DNA of 53,936 nucleotides. Source: Patescibacteria group bacterium (GTDB lineage: Bacteria; Patescibacteriota; Patescibacteriia; GWA2-47-26). The stretch is from assembly GCA_038064355.1 (NCBI GenBank), contig JBBTTG010000019.1, positions 1-53,936 on the forward strand, given 5' to 3'. The position numbers and the translations under genes are program-made. Positions 8,977 to 17,482 of this stretch are shown one piece after another; position 1 is the first letter of the stretch, and each line of letters starts with the position of its first letter. The notes beneath the pieces were generated by a model. It was given only the letters and a program-made list of their open reading frames with translations. It had not been told where the DNA came from and did not search any database.

Positions 8977-9003
8977 CTATAAGCCAGCGAAAGTTTTTGA
9001 CGG

Positions 9004-9549
9004 TTACCTGCGCCAGCGGGGCTTTGGGAGATCGCCGCCGAGGTCGCTCCACTGGGCGAAGACGTGAGCGACCGGCACCTCCAGGACGACATGGTCGATA
9101 CGGCTCGGCTGGTTGCCATGTTGGTAGCCCAAGGCGAGGTGGCCTCCCGGAAAGATTTTTTGCTCGAGCGTCGATGGACCTTCGGTCAGGGACATTGCCC
9201 AGCGAGTCGAATAGTTCAGGTGGCAACCGATGAGCAGGTTTGGCAGATTCGGCTGCGCCCACTCGGGCCAATTGCGGAGCTTTATATGCTTGATCCATGC
9301 GCCTTCCGCGTGGAAGTCGCTGAGTGTAACCTCGATTTCCCCGACTATGCTCGGTTGATTCGCCAAGCGGCCGTGTAGGATGATGCGCAGGATCCAGTAG
9401 GGCGTAAGCCATCCGGGCGCGAGATTGGGAGCGATGGAAAATTCATCCACCCGCCCCTCATGCGACAAATGCCGTTCGTCAAATTCGGGTATTTGTTTTC
9501 CTTGGCAGTAGGGGCAGTCTGGATGCGGGTGGGTTTGGGTGTTTCGCAT
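9004..9549 (-). CDS. Hypothetical protein (181 aa)
   Basis: The start was chosen at ATG 9549, with AGGAG 9 nt upstream (the ORF-track start at 9603 has no SD). The N-terminus carries a CPYC motif. No family was recognised. Confidence 0.55.
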   Translation of the reverse strand: MRNTQTHPHPDCPYCQGKQIPEFDERHLSHEGRVDEFSIAPNLAPGWLTPYWILRIILHGRLANQPSIVGEIEVTLSDFHAEGAWIKHIKLRNWPEWAQPNLPNLLIGCHLNYSTRWAMSLTEGPSTLEQKIFPGGHLALGYQHGNQPSRIDHVVLEVPVAHVFAQWSDLGGDLPKPRWRR

Positions 9550-9615
9550 GGCGCGCGTCTCCTGTGTGAAAAGGGCACTCTCACCGTAGCTTAAAAAAGG
9601 CATAAGGTCAAGCCA

Positions 9616-9662
9616 TTGACAAGGGGAGGGAAATTCTATATCATACTGTTCAAGTATGATAT
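9616..9662 (+). promoter_or_regulatory. suf operon promoter with an overlapping palindromic operator
   Basis: TTGACA (9616-9621), a 17 nt spacer, then TATCAT (9639-9644). A perfect 10 bp inverted repeat ATATCATACT-gttca-AGTATGATAT spans 9638-9662 and covers the -10 element. Confidence 0.65.
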
Positions 9663-9671
9663 CTTCGTTTT

Positions 9672-10061
9672 ATGGCCTATCTCAATAAAGAAATTGACTA
9701 CGCGCTTCAGTTGATGTCCGCACTGCGCGGACATGATGAAGGAGTGCCGCTCTCACTGAAAGCTTTTGCCAAAGATGCCGGTATTTCTTTTCTTTTTTTG
9801 CAAAGGATCGCAAGCAAGCTCAAAGAGGCGGGTCTTGTTCGGGCGCGATTGGGCGCCTCGGGTGGGTATTTTCTGTCATACTCTCCCGAAGGGGTGAGCT
9901 TGGCCAATGTCATTGCTGCCATCGATGGGAGTTTCGGGGTGGTGCCGTGCGTGGCGGGTTTTTGTCCGCAGGCGAAAATGTGTGGACACAAAAATTCTTT
10001 TCTTTCGCTCGATCAAGAGCTCAAAGTTTTTTTTGCCAGCAAGAAACTGTCACAGTTATGA
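9672..10061 (+). CDS. Rrf2-family transcriptional regulator (IscR/SufR-like)
   Basis: The N-terminal wHTH is YALQLMSALRG...LSLKAFAKDAGISFLFLQRIASKLKEAGLVRARLGASGGY, with a C-terminal Cys cluster. Its stop overlaps the sufB start (ATGA). Confidence 0.85.
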   Translation: MAYLNKEIDYALQLMSALRGHDEGVPLSLKAFAKDAGISFLFLQRIASKLKEAGLVRARLGASGGYFLSYSPEGVSLANVIAAIDGSFGVVPCVAGFCPQAKMCGHKNSFLSLDQELKVFFASKKLSQL

Positions 10062-11467
10062 AAGCGGAAATACCGATGCAGGATATAACCCGACGGGAAC
10101 TCTATGATCAGGCCGACGCTACTCGGTCTCGCTTTGTTTCGCCCCCCGGCTTGAACGAGGGGACCGTCCGTGAGATTTCACGGCAAAAAAATGAGCCTGC
10201 GTGGATGCTCGAGAAGCGCTTGTCCGCGTTCGCGCTCTATCAAAAGGCGTCCCTGCCAACCTGGGGTCCGGATTTGAGCGGACTGGACTTAAGTAAGATT
10301 GTTTACTTCGCGCGTCCGGAGGCTGATGAATCCAAGAGTTGGGAAGACGTGCCCGAGGAGATCAAAAAAACCTTTGACCGATTGGGGATTCCCGAAGCCG
10401 AGAAAAAGATACTGGGCGGCGTGGGCGCGCAATATGATTCGGATGTGGTGTATCACAATATCCGGGAGGACATTGCCAAGCAGGGCGTGATTTTTGAAAA
10501 TATGGACACGGCGCTCCGTGATCACGAGGAGCTCGTGCGGAAATATTTTATGACGAGTTGCGTGCCCATAAACGATCACAAGTTCGCCATGCTCCACGCC
10601 GCGGTCTGGAGCGGCGGCACTTTTATCTCTGTACCGCGGGGCGTCAAAGTTTCTATGCCCCTACAGGCCTATTTTCGGATGAACGCGAAAGCCGGCGGGC
10701 AGTTTGAACACACGCTGATTATCGTGGACAAGGGCGCGGAGCTTCATTATATTGAAGGATGCAGCGCACCGCGGTTTGACGTGAGCGCGTTGCATGCGGG
10801 GTGCGTGGAGATTTTTGTGCACGAGGGCGCGCGGACGCGTTACACGAGTATAGAAAATTGGAGCAAGAATACCTACAACCTCAACACCAAGCGCGCGCTC
10901 GTGGACAAAGATGGTACGATTGAATGGGTGAACGGAAATTTCGGCAGCGGGGTGACCATGCTCTATCCATGCAGTATCCTGCGCGGAGAAGGCGCGCGAG
11001 CCGACAGTCTCGGCATTGCATTTGCCGGTCCTGGTCAGCATCAGGATACCGGACTCAAGGTGATTCACGCGGCGCCGCGCACCACTTCGGTAATGAAATC
11101 AAAAAGCATCAGCCGCGGCGGCGGAGTTTCCACCTATCGCGGCTATGTGCGTATCGCCAAAAATGCCGCGCAGTCCAAAAACAGCGTGGTCTGCGACGCG
11201 CTGTTGGTGGGTGATACCTCGGTTTCAAATACTCATCCGTTTATGAAGATTGAGCGCGCGGACGCCACGGTGGCCCATGAAGCGACCGTTGGAAAAATTG
11301 GCGATGAAGAGATTTTTTATCTCATGAGTCGCGGTCTTACCGAAGAACAAGCCTTGCGGATGGTGGTGAGCGGTTTTGTGGAACCCATCGTGAAAAAATT
11401 GCCGCTTGAGTATGCGGTCGAGATGAATCGCCTCATCGAAATGGAGATGGAAGGAGCTGTCGGATAA
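10058..11467 (+). CDS. sufB: Fe-S cluster assembly protein SufB
   Basis: Typical SufB sequence (GAELHYIEGCSAP, TYNLNTKRA, HEATVGKI). The start was trimmed to ATG 10058. Confidence 0.95.
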   Translation: MKAEIPMQDITRRELYDQADATRSRFVSPPGLNEGTVREISRQKNEPAWMLEKRLSAFALYQKASLPTWGPDLSGLDLSKIVYFARPEADESKSWEDVPEEIKKTFDRLGIPEAEKKILGGVGAQYDSDVVYHNIREDIAKQGVIFENMDTALRDHEELVRKYFMTSCVPINDHKFAMLHAAVWSGGTFISVPRGVKVSMPLQAYFRMNAKAGGQFEHTLIIVDKGAELHYIEGCSAPRFDVSALHAGCVEIFVHEGARTRYTSIENWSKNTYNLNTKRALVDKDGTIEWVNGNFGSGVTMLYPCSILRGEGARADSLGIAFAGPGQHQDTGLKVIHAAPRTTSVMKSKSISRGGGVSTYRGYVRIAKNAAQSKNSVVCDALLVGDTSVSNTHPFMKIERADATVAHEATVGKIGDEEIFYLMSRGLTEEQALRMVVSGFVEPIVKKLPLEYAVEMNRLIEMEMEGAVG

Positions 11468-11482
11468 AGATGCAAGACTAAA

Positions 11483-12616
11483 ATGGAAAATCAATTATTG
11501 GAAAAACAGAAAGAGAGGGTGCGGGAAGTATTCGCTTCCTTGCCTCTGCCGAATTTCAAGCACGGACTCAATATTCACTCCGCGCCGGATTTTGTTTTTC
11601 CGTTTGAGCGATCTCTCACGCCGGAACGCGCGCCGTGGAAGCTCATGAAACAAAGCGGCTCGGTGGGGATTGAAGATCTCGCACTCGCAGTACGACGGTC
11701 GGAAGTGGCGCGCTTCATAGAGGATGGGAAATTTTTGGAAGCAAAAGACAAGATTGACGCCTGGAATGTGCTTTCGGCTTCTGCCGGACACTATGTGCGC
11801 TTGGAGGGGGAGTGTATGGTTTCCTTCAATGTGGATTGTTCGAAAGAGCGCCATGATCAAGTCATTTTTCATGCTTTGCCGGGGAGTCGCGCGCAGGTGG
11901 TGATTCGGTATCGCGGTAAGCCGCGACGGAGTGATGGTACGTTTCAGACAGAGCGCATCCTGGCCGCCTGTGAAGAGGGGGGCACACTTTCCATAGTCTC
12001 GCTTCACGAGGGTGGTCAGCCGATTGTTTTTCAAAATCGGCAGGCGAAGGTCGCGCGTGATGGTAAGATGGAGTGGAATGACTTCATGGGTGGTGCAGAG
12101 TTTTTTTCTTTGCGCGTGAATACGGAGCTTATTGGTGAGGGCGCGCGCGTCGGGCAGACGCTCGGATATGCGGGCGCGGGAAAAGCGATTGCGGATATTG
12201 ACGCGAGGATTCTTCATCGCGCGCCGCGCACGGATTCCGACATGCGCATGCGGCTTGCCGCGAGCGGACAATCGAGAATCGTCTGCCAGGGAACGGTGGT
12301 CATTGACCCCCGGGCTCGCGCGGCAAACGGCTTTCAGGATATCAAGGGTATAATTTTTGATACCGCCGAGATTGATCCGGTGCCGCATCTTGAAATTGGC
12401 AACGCCGATGTGAAGTGCGGGCATGCCGTGACCGTAAGCCCTTTTGATGAAGAGACGTTGTTTTATCTCTCTTCACGGGGTATCGGCGAAGCGGATGCGA
12501 GGAAGACTCTCTTGAAAAGTTTCTACCGTTCGCTTGTGGGTAAGAATATCGGGGCCGCGACGGTCAAAATATGTGCGCGTTTTATAAAAAAAGCCGTCGC
12601 TTCAATGGCATCGTAA
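11483..12616 (+). CDS. sufD: Fe-S cluster assembly protein SufD
   Basis: SufB/D beta-helix family (HRAPRTDSDM, GHAVTVSPFDEETLFYLSSRGI). Its position follows sufB. Confidence 0.85.
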   Translation: MENQLLEKQKERVREVFASLPLPNFKHGLNIHSAPDFVFPFERSLTPERAPWKLMKQSGSVGIEDLALAVRRSEVARFIEDGKFLEAKDKIDAWNVLSASAGHYVRLEGECMVSFNVDCSKERHDQVIFHALPGSRAQVVIRYRGKPRRSDGTFQTERILAACEEGGTLSIVSLHEGGQPIVFQNRQAKVARDGKMEWNDFMGGAEFFSLRVNTELIGEGARVGQTLGYAGAGKAIADIDARILHRAPRTDSDMRMRLAASGQSRIVCQGTVVIDPRARAANGFQDIKGIIFDTAEIDPVPHLEIGNADVKCGHAVTVSPFDEETLFYLSSRGIGEADARKTLLKSFYRSLVGKNIGAATVKICARFIKKAVASMAS

Positions 12617-12621
12617 ATCCT

Positions 12622-13854
12622 ATGAATACTGAACAGATTAAAAAAGATTTTTCCATATTTTCTCACGCGGCTCGGTCCGGGAAGCCTTTGGTGTATCTTG
12701 ATAACGCGGCTACCTCGCAGACGCCTGATGAGGTGTTGGAGGCGATGAACGCCTATTATCAAAAATACAGATCGAATATCCACCGCGGGGTGTATGCCAT
12801 CGCCGAGCGGGCGACCTCCGCTTATGAGGGCGCGCGTTTAGCGGTTGCGGAATTTATCGGTGCCGGCGATCCGGGGGAGATTATCTTCACCCGCGGCACC
12901 ACCGAGGGATTGAATATTTTGGCAAGCCGGTTGACCCTTGGGCTTTCCGCGGGCGACGAAGTGGCGGTGAGCGAAATGGAACATCACGCAAACCTCGTTC
13001 CATGGATGCAGGCCGTTAAAGCGCGAGGATTGACGCTGCGCTTTTTACCCGTGCGAAAAGACGGACGGTTGGACATTGAAGCCGCGCGCGCGATTATCGG
13101 CCCGCGCGTCAAAATCGTCTCGCTGTGCCACGCGAGCAATGCCCTGGGTCTTGTTAATCCCGTCCATGAGATCGCGGATATGGCGCACGCGCATGGCGCC
13201 GTCGTGGTGGTGGACGGAGCACAAAGCGTTCCGCACCTGCCGGTGAATGTCGAGGAGCTTGGCGCGGATTTTTTCGCTTTTTCCGGACACAAGATGTTTG
13301 GGCCAACGGGTATCGGCGTCCTGTGGGGGAAAAAAGCATTGCTGGAAAAGATGGAACCGTTTTTATACGGCGGCGACATGATTCAGGAAGTGACTCTTGA
13401 TGGCGCGACATGGACCGACGTGCCGTGGAAATTTGAAGGCGGTACCCCACCCATTGCCGAAGCGATCGGACTTGCCGCGGCCGTACGGTACCTCCGGCGT
13501 CTCGGGATGGAAAATGTGGTTCGTCATGAGCGCGAGCTGACTCGATACGCGCTGGAACGGATGTCCGCCCTCGGGGGAGTGATGCTCTATCCTGCGGGAG
13601 ACGCCCCCGACGCGCCGGATCGCATAGGAGTTATCGCGTTCAATATAGAAAAAGTGCATCCGCATGATGCGGCCTCCATTTTGGATCGCCATGGTATCGC
13701 GGTGCGCGCCGGTCATCACTGCGCCATGCCGCTTTTGCGCAAACTGGGGATTAATTTTTCTCTGCGGGCGAGTTTTTCGGCATATAACACGCGCGAGGAT
13801 GTTGACCTGCTTATTGCGGCGATCGCAGACGCCCAAAAAATTTTTCACGTGTAA
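12622..13854 (+). CDS. sufS: Cysteine desulfurase SufS (class V aminotransferase)
   Basis: YLDNAATSQ, the PLP-lysine motif FSGHKMFGPTGIG, and RAGHHCA. The start was trimmed to MNTEQIKK. Confidence 0.93.
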   Translation: MNTEQIKKDFSIFSHAARSGKPLVYLDNAATSQTPDEVLEAMNAYYQKYRSNIHRGVYAIAERATSAYEGARLAVAEFIGAGDPGEIIFTRGTTEGLNILASRLTLGLSAGDEVAVSEMEHHANLVPWMQAVKARGLTLRFLPVRKDGRLDIEAARAIIGPRVKIVSLCHASNALGLVNPVHEIADMAHAHGAVVVVDGAQSVPHLPVNVEELGADFFAFSGHKMFGPTGIGVLWGKKALLEKMEPFLYGGDMIQEVTLDGATWTDVPWKFEGGTPPIAEAIGLAAAVRYLRRLGMENVVRHERELTRYALERMSALGGVMLYPAGDAPDAPDRIGVIAFNIEKVHPHDAASILDRHGIAVRAGHHCAMPLLRKLGINFSLRASFSAYNTREDVDLLIAAIADAQKIFHV

Positions 13855-13856
13855 GT

Positions 13857-14243
13857 ATGGAAGATTTTCAGGGCGACGAGCTCTATCGGGAGAATATATT
13901 GGATCATTACCGACATCCGCATAACACCGGGGTGATGGAGCAGTGCACTCACCGCGCGCGCGAGGTCAATCCTTTATGCGGCGACGAGATCGAGATTTTT
14001 TTGCGGTTTGACGAAGTGGGGAAAGCCGCGAATGTTTCTTTTGTCGGACAGGGATGCGCCATCAGTCAGGCGGTGGTGTCTATGCTCACTGATTGGGTGA
14101 AAGGGAAAAGTCGTGAGGAGCTCGCAAGGGCGGATGAGACATATGTGCGGCAATGGCTCGGAGCGCCGGTGAGTGTCTCGCGGGAGAAGTGCGCATTTCT
14201 GGGTTTACGCGCTCTGCGGAGGGCCATTGATATCAATAATTGA
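13857..14243 (+). CDS. sufU: SufU/IscU-like Fe-S scaffold or sulfur acceptor
   Basis: LYRENILDHYRHPHN, NPLCGDEI, GQGCAISQA. Confidence 0.88.
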   Translation: MEDFQGDELYRENILDHYRHPHNTGVMEQCTHRAREVNPLCGDEIEIFLRFDEVGKAANVSFVGQGCAISQAVVSMLTDWVKGKSREELARADETYVRQWLGAPVSVSREKCAFLGLRALRRAIDINN

Positions 14244-14253
14244 ATCATACACT

Positions 14254-14976
14254 ATGCACACTTTAGAAATCAAAAATTTACACGTGGCCGTGGATGGAAA
14301 AGAAATCGTGAAAGGTGTAAATTTTTCCGTGCGCTCCGGGCAGGTGCACGCGCTCATGGGTCCAAACGGCTCGGGCAAGAGTACGCTTGCCAACGCTTTG
14401 CTCGGCCATCCGCGCTACACTATTACGGACGGGAAAATTTTCATGGACGAAAAAGATATAACGGCAGAGAAGACTCATCTTCGAGCGAAGGCGGGGGTAT
14501 TCCTTTCCATGCAGTATCCGCCGTCGGTGGCCGGACTCAATGTCGGGCAATTTTTACGCACGGCCTATCAAGAGCTTACAGGGTTAAAAGTTTCCGTGCA
14601 GGAGTTCCATAAAAAAATAAAGGCGGACATAGCACAGCTGGGCATGGACGCATCGTTGTTAAGACGCGGCTTAAGTGAAGGGTTTTCGGGTGGCGAGAAA
14701 AAGCGCATGGAGATTCTGCAGATGTTGGTACTTGAACCAAAGATTGCGATTCTTGACGAAACGGATTCAGGGCTCGATATCGATGCCCTCAAAGCCGTGG
14801 CAAAAGGCATCAGCGTCATGCGCGAGAAAGGCCTTGGGGTTTTACTGATTACGCACTACACGCGATTTCTTGAATATCTCATGCCGGATTTTGTTCATGT
14901 CATGAGCGATGGAAAGATTATCCGTGAAGGCGGACAGGAGGTGGCTCGCGAGATTGAAGAGCAGGGGTATGATTAA
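14254..14976 (+). CDS. sufC: Fe-S assembly ATPase SufC
   Basis: Walker A GPNGSGKST, signature FSGGEKKR, Walker B ILDETDSGLD. The start was trimmed to MHTLEIKNL. Confidence 0.95.
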   Translation: MHTLEIKNLHVAVDGKEIVKGVNFSVRSGQVHALMGPNGSGKSTLANALLGHPRYTITDGKIFMDEKDITAEKTHLRAKAGVFLSMQYPPSVAGLNVGQFLRTAYQELTGLKVSVQEFHKKIKADIAQLGMDASLLRRGLSEGFSGGEKKRMEILQMLVLEPKIAILDETDSGLDIDALKAVAKGISVMREKGLGVLLITHYTRFLEYLMPDFVHVMSDGKIIREGGQEVAREIEEQGYD

Positions 14977-14999
14977 AAAAAATTGAAGAAGGTTACAAT

Positions 15000-15302
15000 A
15001 TGTTACAAGAGAAAAAGCTCACAAAAGAAAATATAGAGGTTACGCTTCAGACGATTCTTGATCCGGAGGTTGAGGTCGACATCTGGACTATGGGTTTGAT
15101 TTATCGAGTGGGTATAAGGGGTGATACAGTGGACGTCGATATGACCTATACAACGCCTCTGTGTCCTTTTGGGCCGGAGATTGTTGGGCAGGTGAAGGCG
15201 AAGATTCTCGAGCTCGGAGCCAAAGAAGTAAGAGTGAACGTGGTGTTTGATCCGCCCTGGAAGCCGCCTGCAGAGCTCAAAGAAATACTGGGGATGGAAT
15301 AA
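15000..15302 (+). CDS. DUF59/SufT-like Fe-S assembly factor
   Basis: 100 aa with ILDPEVEVDIWTMGLIY...TTPLCPFG. Confidence 0.8.
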   Translation: MLQEKKLTKENIEVTLQTILDPEVEVDIWTMGLIYRVGIRGDTVDVDMTYTTPLCPFGPEIVGQVKAKILELGAKEVRVNVVFDPPWKPPAELKEILGME

Positions 15303-15332
15303 AAAAAGTCCCGACTAGCGTGAGCTGTCGGG
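15302..15332 (-). terminator. Hairpin terminator between convergent genes (T-run on the minus strand)
   Basis: On the minus strand: CCCGAC-AGCTCACGCTA-GTCGGG followed by ACTTTTTTT. The hairpin overlaps the stop codon of the 15315-15566 gene. Confidence 0.55.
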
Positions 15333-15566
15333 GGTGGGGAAAACCGGCTCGCGGATCTCGAGGATGTAACCGCCTTCGGCGAGGATTTCCATGAGACGTT
15401 CTTTTTTGACCGCGTGGTGGATTGGGTTGCCTTGCGCGCGCCACTGCACGAGCTCGCCGGTAAAGCCAAGAATTTTGATTCTTGGGCGCTGGGTGGTGCA
15501 GGGTTTGTCGCTTGCGGGCGCGCGCCAAATCTGTCCTTCGGCAAGTTGAATGCTTTTTGCATCCAT
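15315..15566 (-). CDS. Hypothetical small protein (83 aa)
   Basis: ATG at 15566 with GGAGG 10 nt upstream. No family was recognised. Confidence 0.5.
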   Translation of the reverse strand: MDAKSIQLAEGQIWRAPASDKPCTTQRPRIKILGFTGELVQWRAQGNPIHHAVKKERLMEILAEGGYILEIREPVFPTPDSSR

Positions 15567-15663
15567 CAAGATGTTCCTCCGTGGAAAGAGCATTGGTTTC
15601 TGAAAACACCATAGTATAAAAATAATTTTTTGTCAATACGCATACGCGAAACTTATTCATATT

Positions 15664-15948
15664 ATGAACGACAAAGAAAAGAAATATCACGTGCGCGTAT
15701 TGAGCGATACCTGTATCGGCGCAGGACCTTGTACGGTGATTGCGTCAAAAGTATTTGAGCTGACCGAAGAGGGGAAAGCGGTGATCTTAAAAAAGGATGG
15801 CACAAAAACAAGCGATAGCACCTCGTACGCGGAACTCTCGGAGGAGGATGCATCGATAATCCTTGAAGCCGCGAAATCATGCCCGGTATTTGCGGTGGTC
15901 ATAGAAGATGGCGAAGGGCGCCAGATTTGGCCGGAGGTAAGGCCTTGA
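15664..15948 (+). CDS. Small ferredoxin (single-cluster type)
   Basis: VRVLSDTCIGAGPCTVIA...AAKSCPVFAV. Confidence 0.75.
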   Translation: MNDKEKKYHVRVLSDTCIGAGPCTVIASKVFELTEEGKAVILKKDGTKTSDSTSYAELSEEDASIILEAAKSCPVFAVVIEDGEGRQIWPEVRP

Positions 15949-15973
15949 CAAAAAAATCATAATCATCTATAGT
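15945..15973 (+). promoter_or_regulatory. Consensus-like sigma-70 promoter for the 16028-17389 unit
   Basis: TTGACA (15945-15950), a 17 nt spacer, then TATAGT (15968-15973). Confidence 0.6.
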
Positions 15974-16027
15974 AGCCGCGCACATTGAAAGAGACAGAAA
16001 AACTACAACCTGCAGGGAGGGATAGCC

Positions 16028-16927
16028 ATGATTCCAGAGATTCTTCAGCGATCCCTGCTTGCCAAAGTGGGGTCAAACGTTACGAGGACATTGAGGAGCT
16101 TTCTTTTGAGTCCCGATGCCCGGCTGGTTGCCGCGGTGGGAGAAAAGACCCACTGGATCGACATCAACCCGTTTACCGGCATTCAGTTGTGCGAGGGTGT
16201 GGCGATCGTGGATCTCTTGCCACAGGTGCAGAAATCGCTGTGGCTGTTTTCGGAAACGTGCGGATTGCTCGTGACGCACGAACCGCATCCGGAGTTTCCG
16301 ACTGCAAGCGGCGTGTGCCGCGTGGTCATTCATTGGCGTGAGAAGCCCAGCTTCGTACGTGGTGGCGGATATCTGAAAGACGATCCGCTTCCCGCCTGTT
16401 GCAATGCCCTGGGTCAGCGCAACCGTGTCGGCGAGTGGATTGCTTCGATCCTGCTTGAAGGAGAGGATCTGCCGTTCACCGCTCTTGCCGGATTCGATGA
16501 GTTTACCGTTGAGTGTCCGGAGGAATTGCGAGAGGTTCCGCGAGATCTCGCGGAGTCCGTGGTGCGAGATTGGAATACCTTCCTTTCTCCGACTTCGGAT
16601 GGGCGACAGGCTTCTTGCAGGGTTTTCGTGCTTGAGCCGCAGGCCAGTCTGCCGCTGACGTTGCGGTTTCAGATTCTGCCGCCACCCATGGTGGTTGCGC
16701 CGATTGAGCCGCCTGCCGTGAACGCGCCGCCGCCTTTGGCGCCCGTCGCTCCGATCAAGCCGAGGCGTACGCCGGCGCCGTACTGTAATGGCTATTCACT
16801 TACCGATAGGCTTGCTCGTCTCATGCCGCCCAAGGTGAGCGTTACCGAGAGGACGGATGAGCCGCCGATCTATCCGCGGTATCACCCGAAATGGTTGTTT
16901 CGCAGGAGGTCAGGAGGTGATGAATAG
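16028..16927 (+). CDS. Hypothetical protein (299 aa) with a Pro-rich C-terminal region
   Basis: GGGAGGG SD 7 nt upstream of the ATG. The gene is GC-rich. No family was recognised. Confidence 0.6.
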   Translation: MIPEILQRSLLAKVGSNVTRTLRSFLLSPDARLVAAVGEKTHWIDINPFTGIQLCEGVAIVDLLPQVQKSLWLFSETCGLLVTHEPHPEFPTASGVCRVVIHWREKPSFVRGGGYLKDDPLPACCNALGQRNRVGEWIASILLEGEDLPFTALAGFDEFTVECPEELREVPRDLAESVVRDWNTFLSPTSDGRQASCRVFVLEPQASLPLTLRFQILPPPMVVAPIEPPAVNAPPPLAPVAPIKPRRTPAPYCNGYSLTDRLARLMPPKVSVTERTDEPPIYPRYHPKWLFRRRSGGDE

Positions 16928-17041
16928 GAGAATCGGTGGAGAGATTTCCAATTTCCCAAAGAATCCGAAGCTTCCAAGTGATTTTCAAGTGAGAAGCGGA
17001 GGTTTCCCATACCGTGCGCAAGCACACCAGGAGATACATCA

Positions 17042-17389
17042 ATGACGAATGCACAAGGTTACGCAGAACTGTTCGAGGCAGTGGAGGCGCGGAATCTCGA
17101 GGCGGTGCAGAAACGCACGATCGCGGCCGCGATCGTGCAGATGATCAATGAGCCGGAATTTATGGACCTTGCCGCTATGGGGCATTGGTGTTTCGCTTTC
17201 CAGGTTCCCGAGGTCATCGGCCTCACCGACGAGACGGTCGACGAGTTGATCAAGGCGCGGAAAGAGAAGGCCAACCAGTACGAGAACGTGCGCCTGGCGA
17301 CCAAGGCGGAGATCACCCAGGCGGAGGCGTGTGAGATTCCGGTCATCAAGACCGGACACAACGGGAAGTGGCTCATCTTCACGTATTAG
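17042..17389 (+). CDS. Hypothetical protein (115 aa)
   Basis: AGGAG SD upstream, followed by a strong terminator. No family was recognised. Confidence 0.55.
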   Translation: MTNAQGYAELFEAVEARNLEAVQKRTIAAAIVQMINEPEFMDLAAMGHWCFAFQVPEVIGLTDETVDELIKARKEKANQYENVRLATKAEITQAEACEIPVIKTGHNGKWLIFTY

Positions 17390-17411
17390 GTGCAACGGAG
17401 ACACCTGCACA

Positions 17412-17447
17412 AGCGGTTCGACCCTTTGGGTTGAGCCGCTCTTTTTT
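17412..17447 (+). terminator. Rho-independent terminator
   Basis: A 13 bp stem AGCGGTTCGACCC-TTT-GGGTTGAGCCGCT (two G-U pairs) followed by CTTTTTTG. Confidence 0.85.
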
Positions 17448-17482
17448 GTGAAAGAATGAAATTTTTGGGATAATAATATTCT

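Noticed and set aside
8661-9119. A 152-aa minus-strand ORF and other 60-100 aa ORFs in the 8.0-9.0 kb spacer.
   Set aside because: It overlaps the terminator and the 3' end of the 9004-9549 gene. It has no SD and a low-complexity composition, and no coding pattern is visible. The region was treated as non-coding.
9947-10057. Long N-terminal extensions offered by the ORF track for sufB, sufS, sufC, rpsB, gap, queA, rplJ, rpmE, hicB and the GT2.
   Set aside because: The extensions overlap the upstream gene or translate repeat or spacer DNA. Conserved N-termini begin at internal ATGs, for example MKAEIPMQ, MNTEQIKK, MHTLEIKN, MTQIPELV, MAKKLKVAING and MNEFFLK.
11495-12424. A 309-aa ORF antisense to sufD. 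Similar long antisense ORFs lie at 17039-17944 (opposite nth), 18332-19171 (rpsB), 19547-20359 and 20360-20929 (tsf/gap), 25085-25693 (eno), 26969-27562 (gpmI), 29154-30242 (the ManC-like gene), and 49886-50449 and 50525-51043 (DUF4012).
   Set aside because: In every case the opposite strand encodes a protein with clear conserved motifs. The antisense translations are Arg/His/Pro-rich and low in complexity, with no recognisable domains or SD sites. These are typical shadow ORFs in roughly 50 percent GC DNA.
17412-17447. A GGTTCGA-like string that might mark a tRNA T-arm.
   Set aside because: The surrounding sequence folds as a simple 13 bp terminator hairpin with a T-run. No acceptor, D or anticodon arms can be formed. 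No tRNA-like cloverleaf was seen anywhere in the window.
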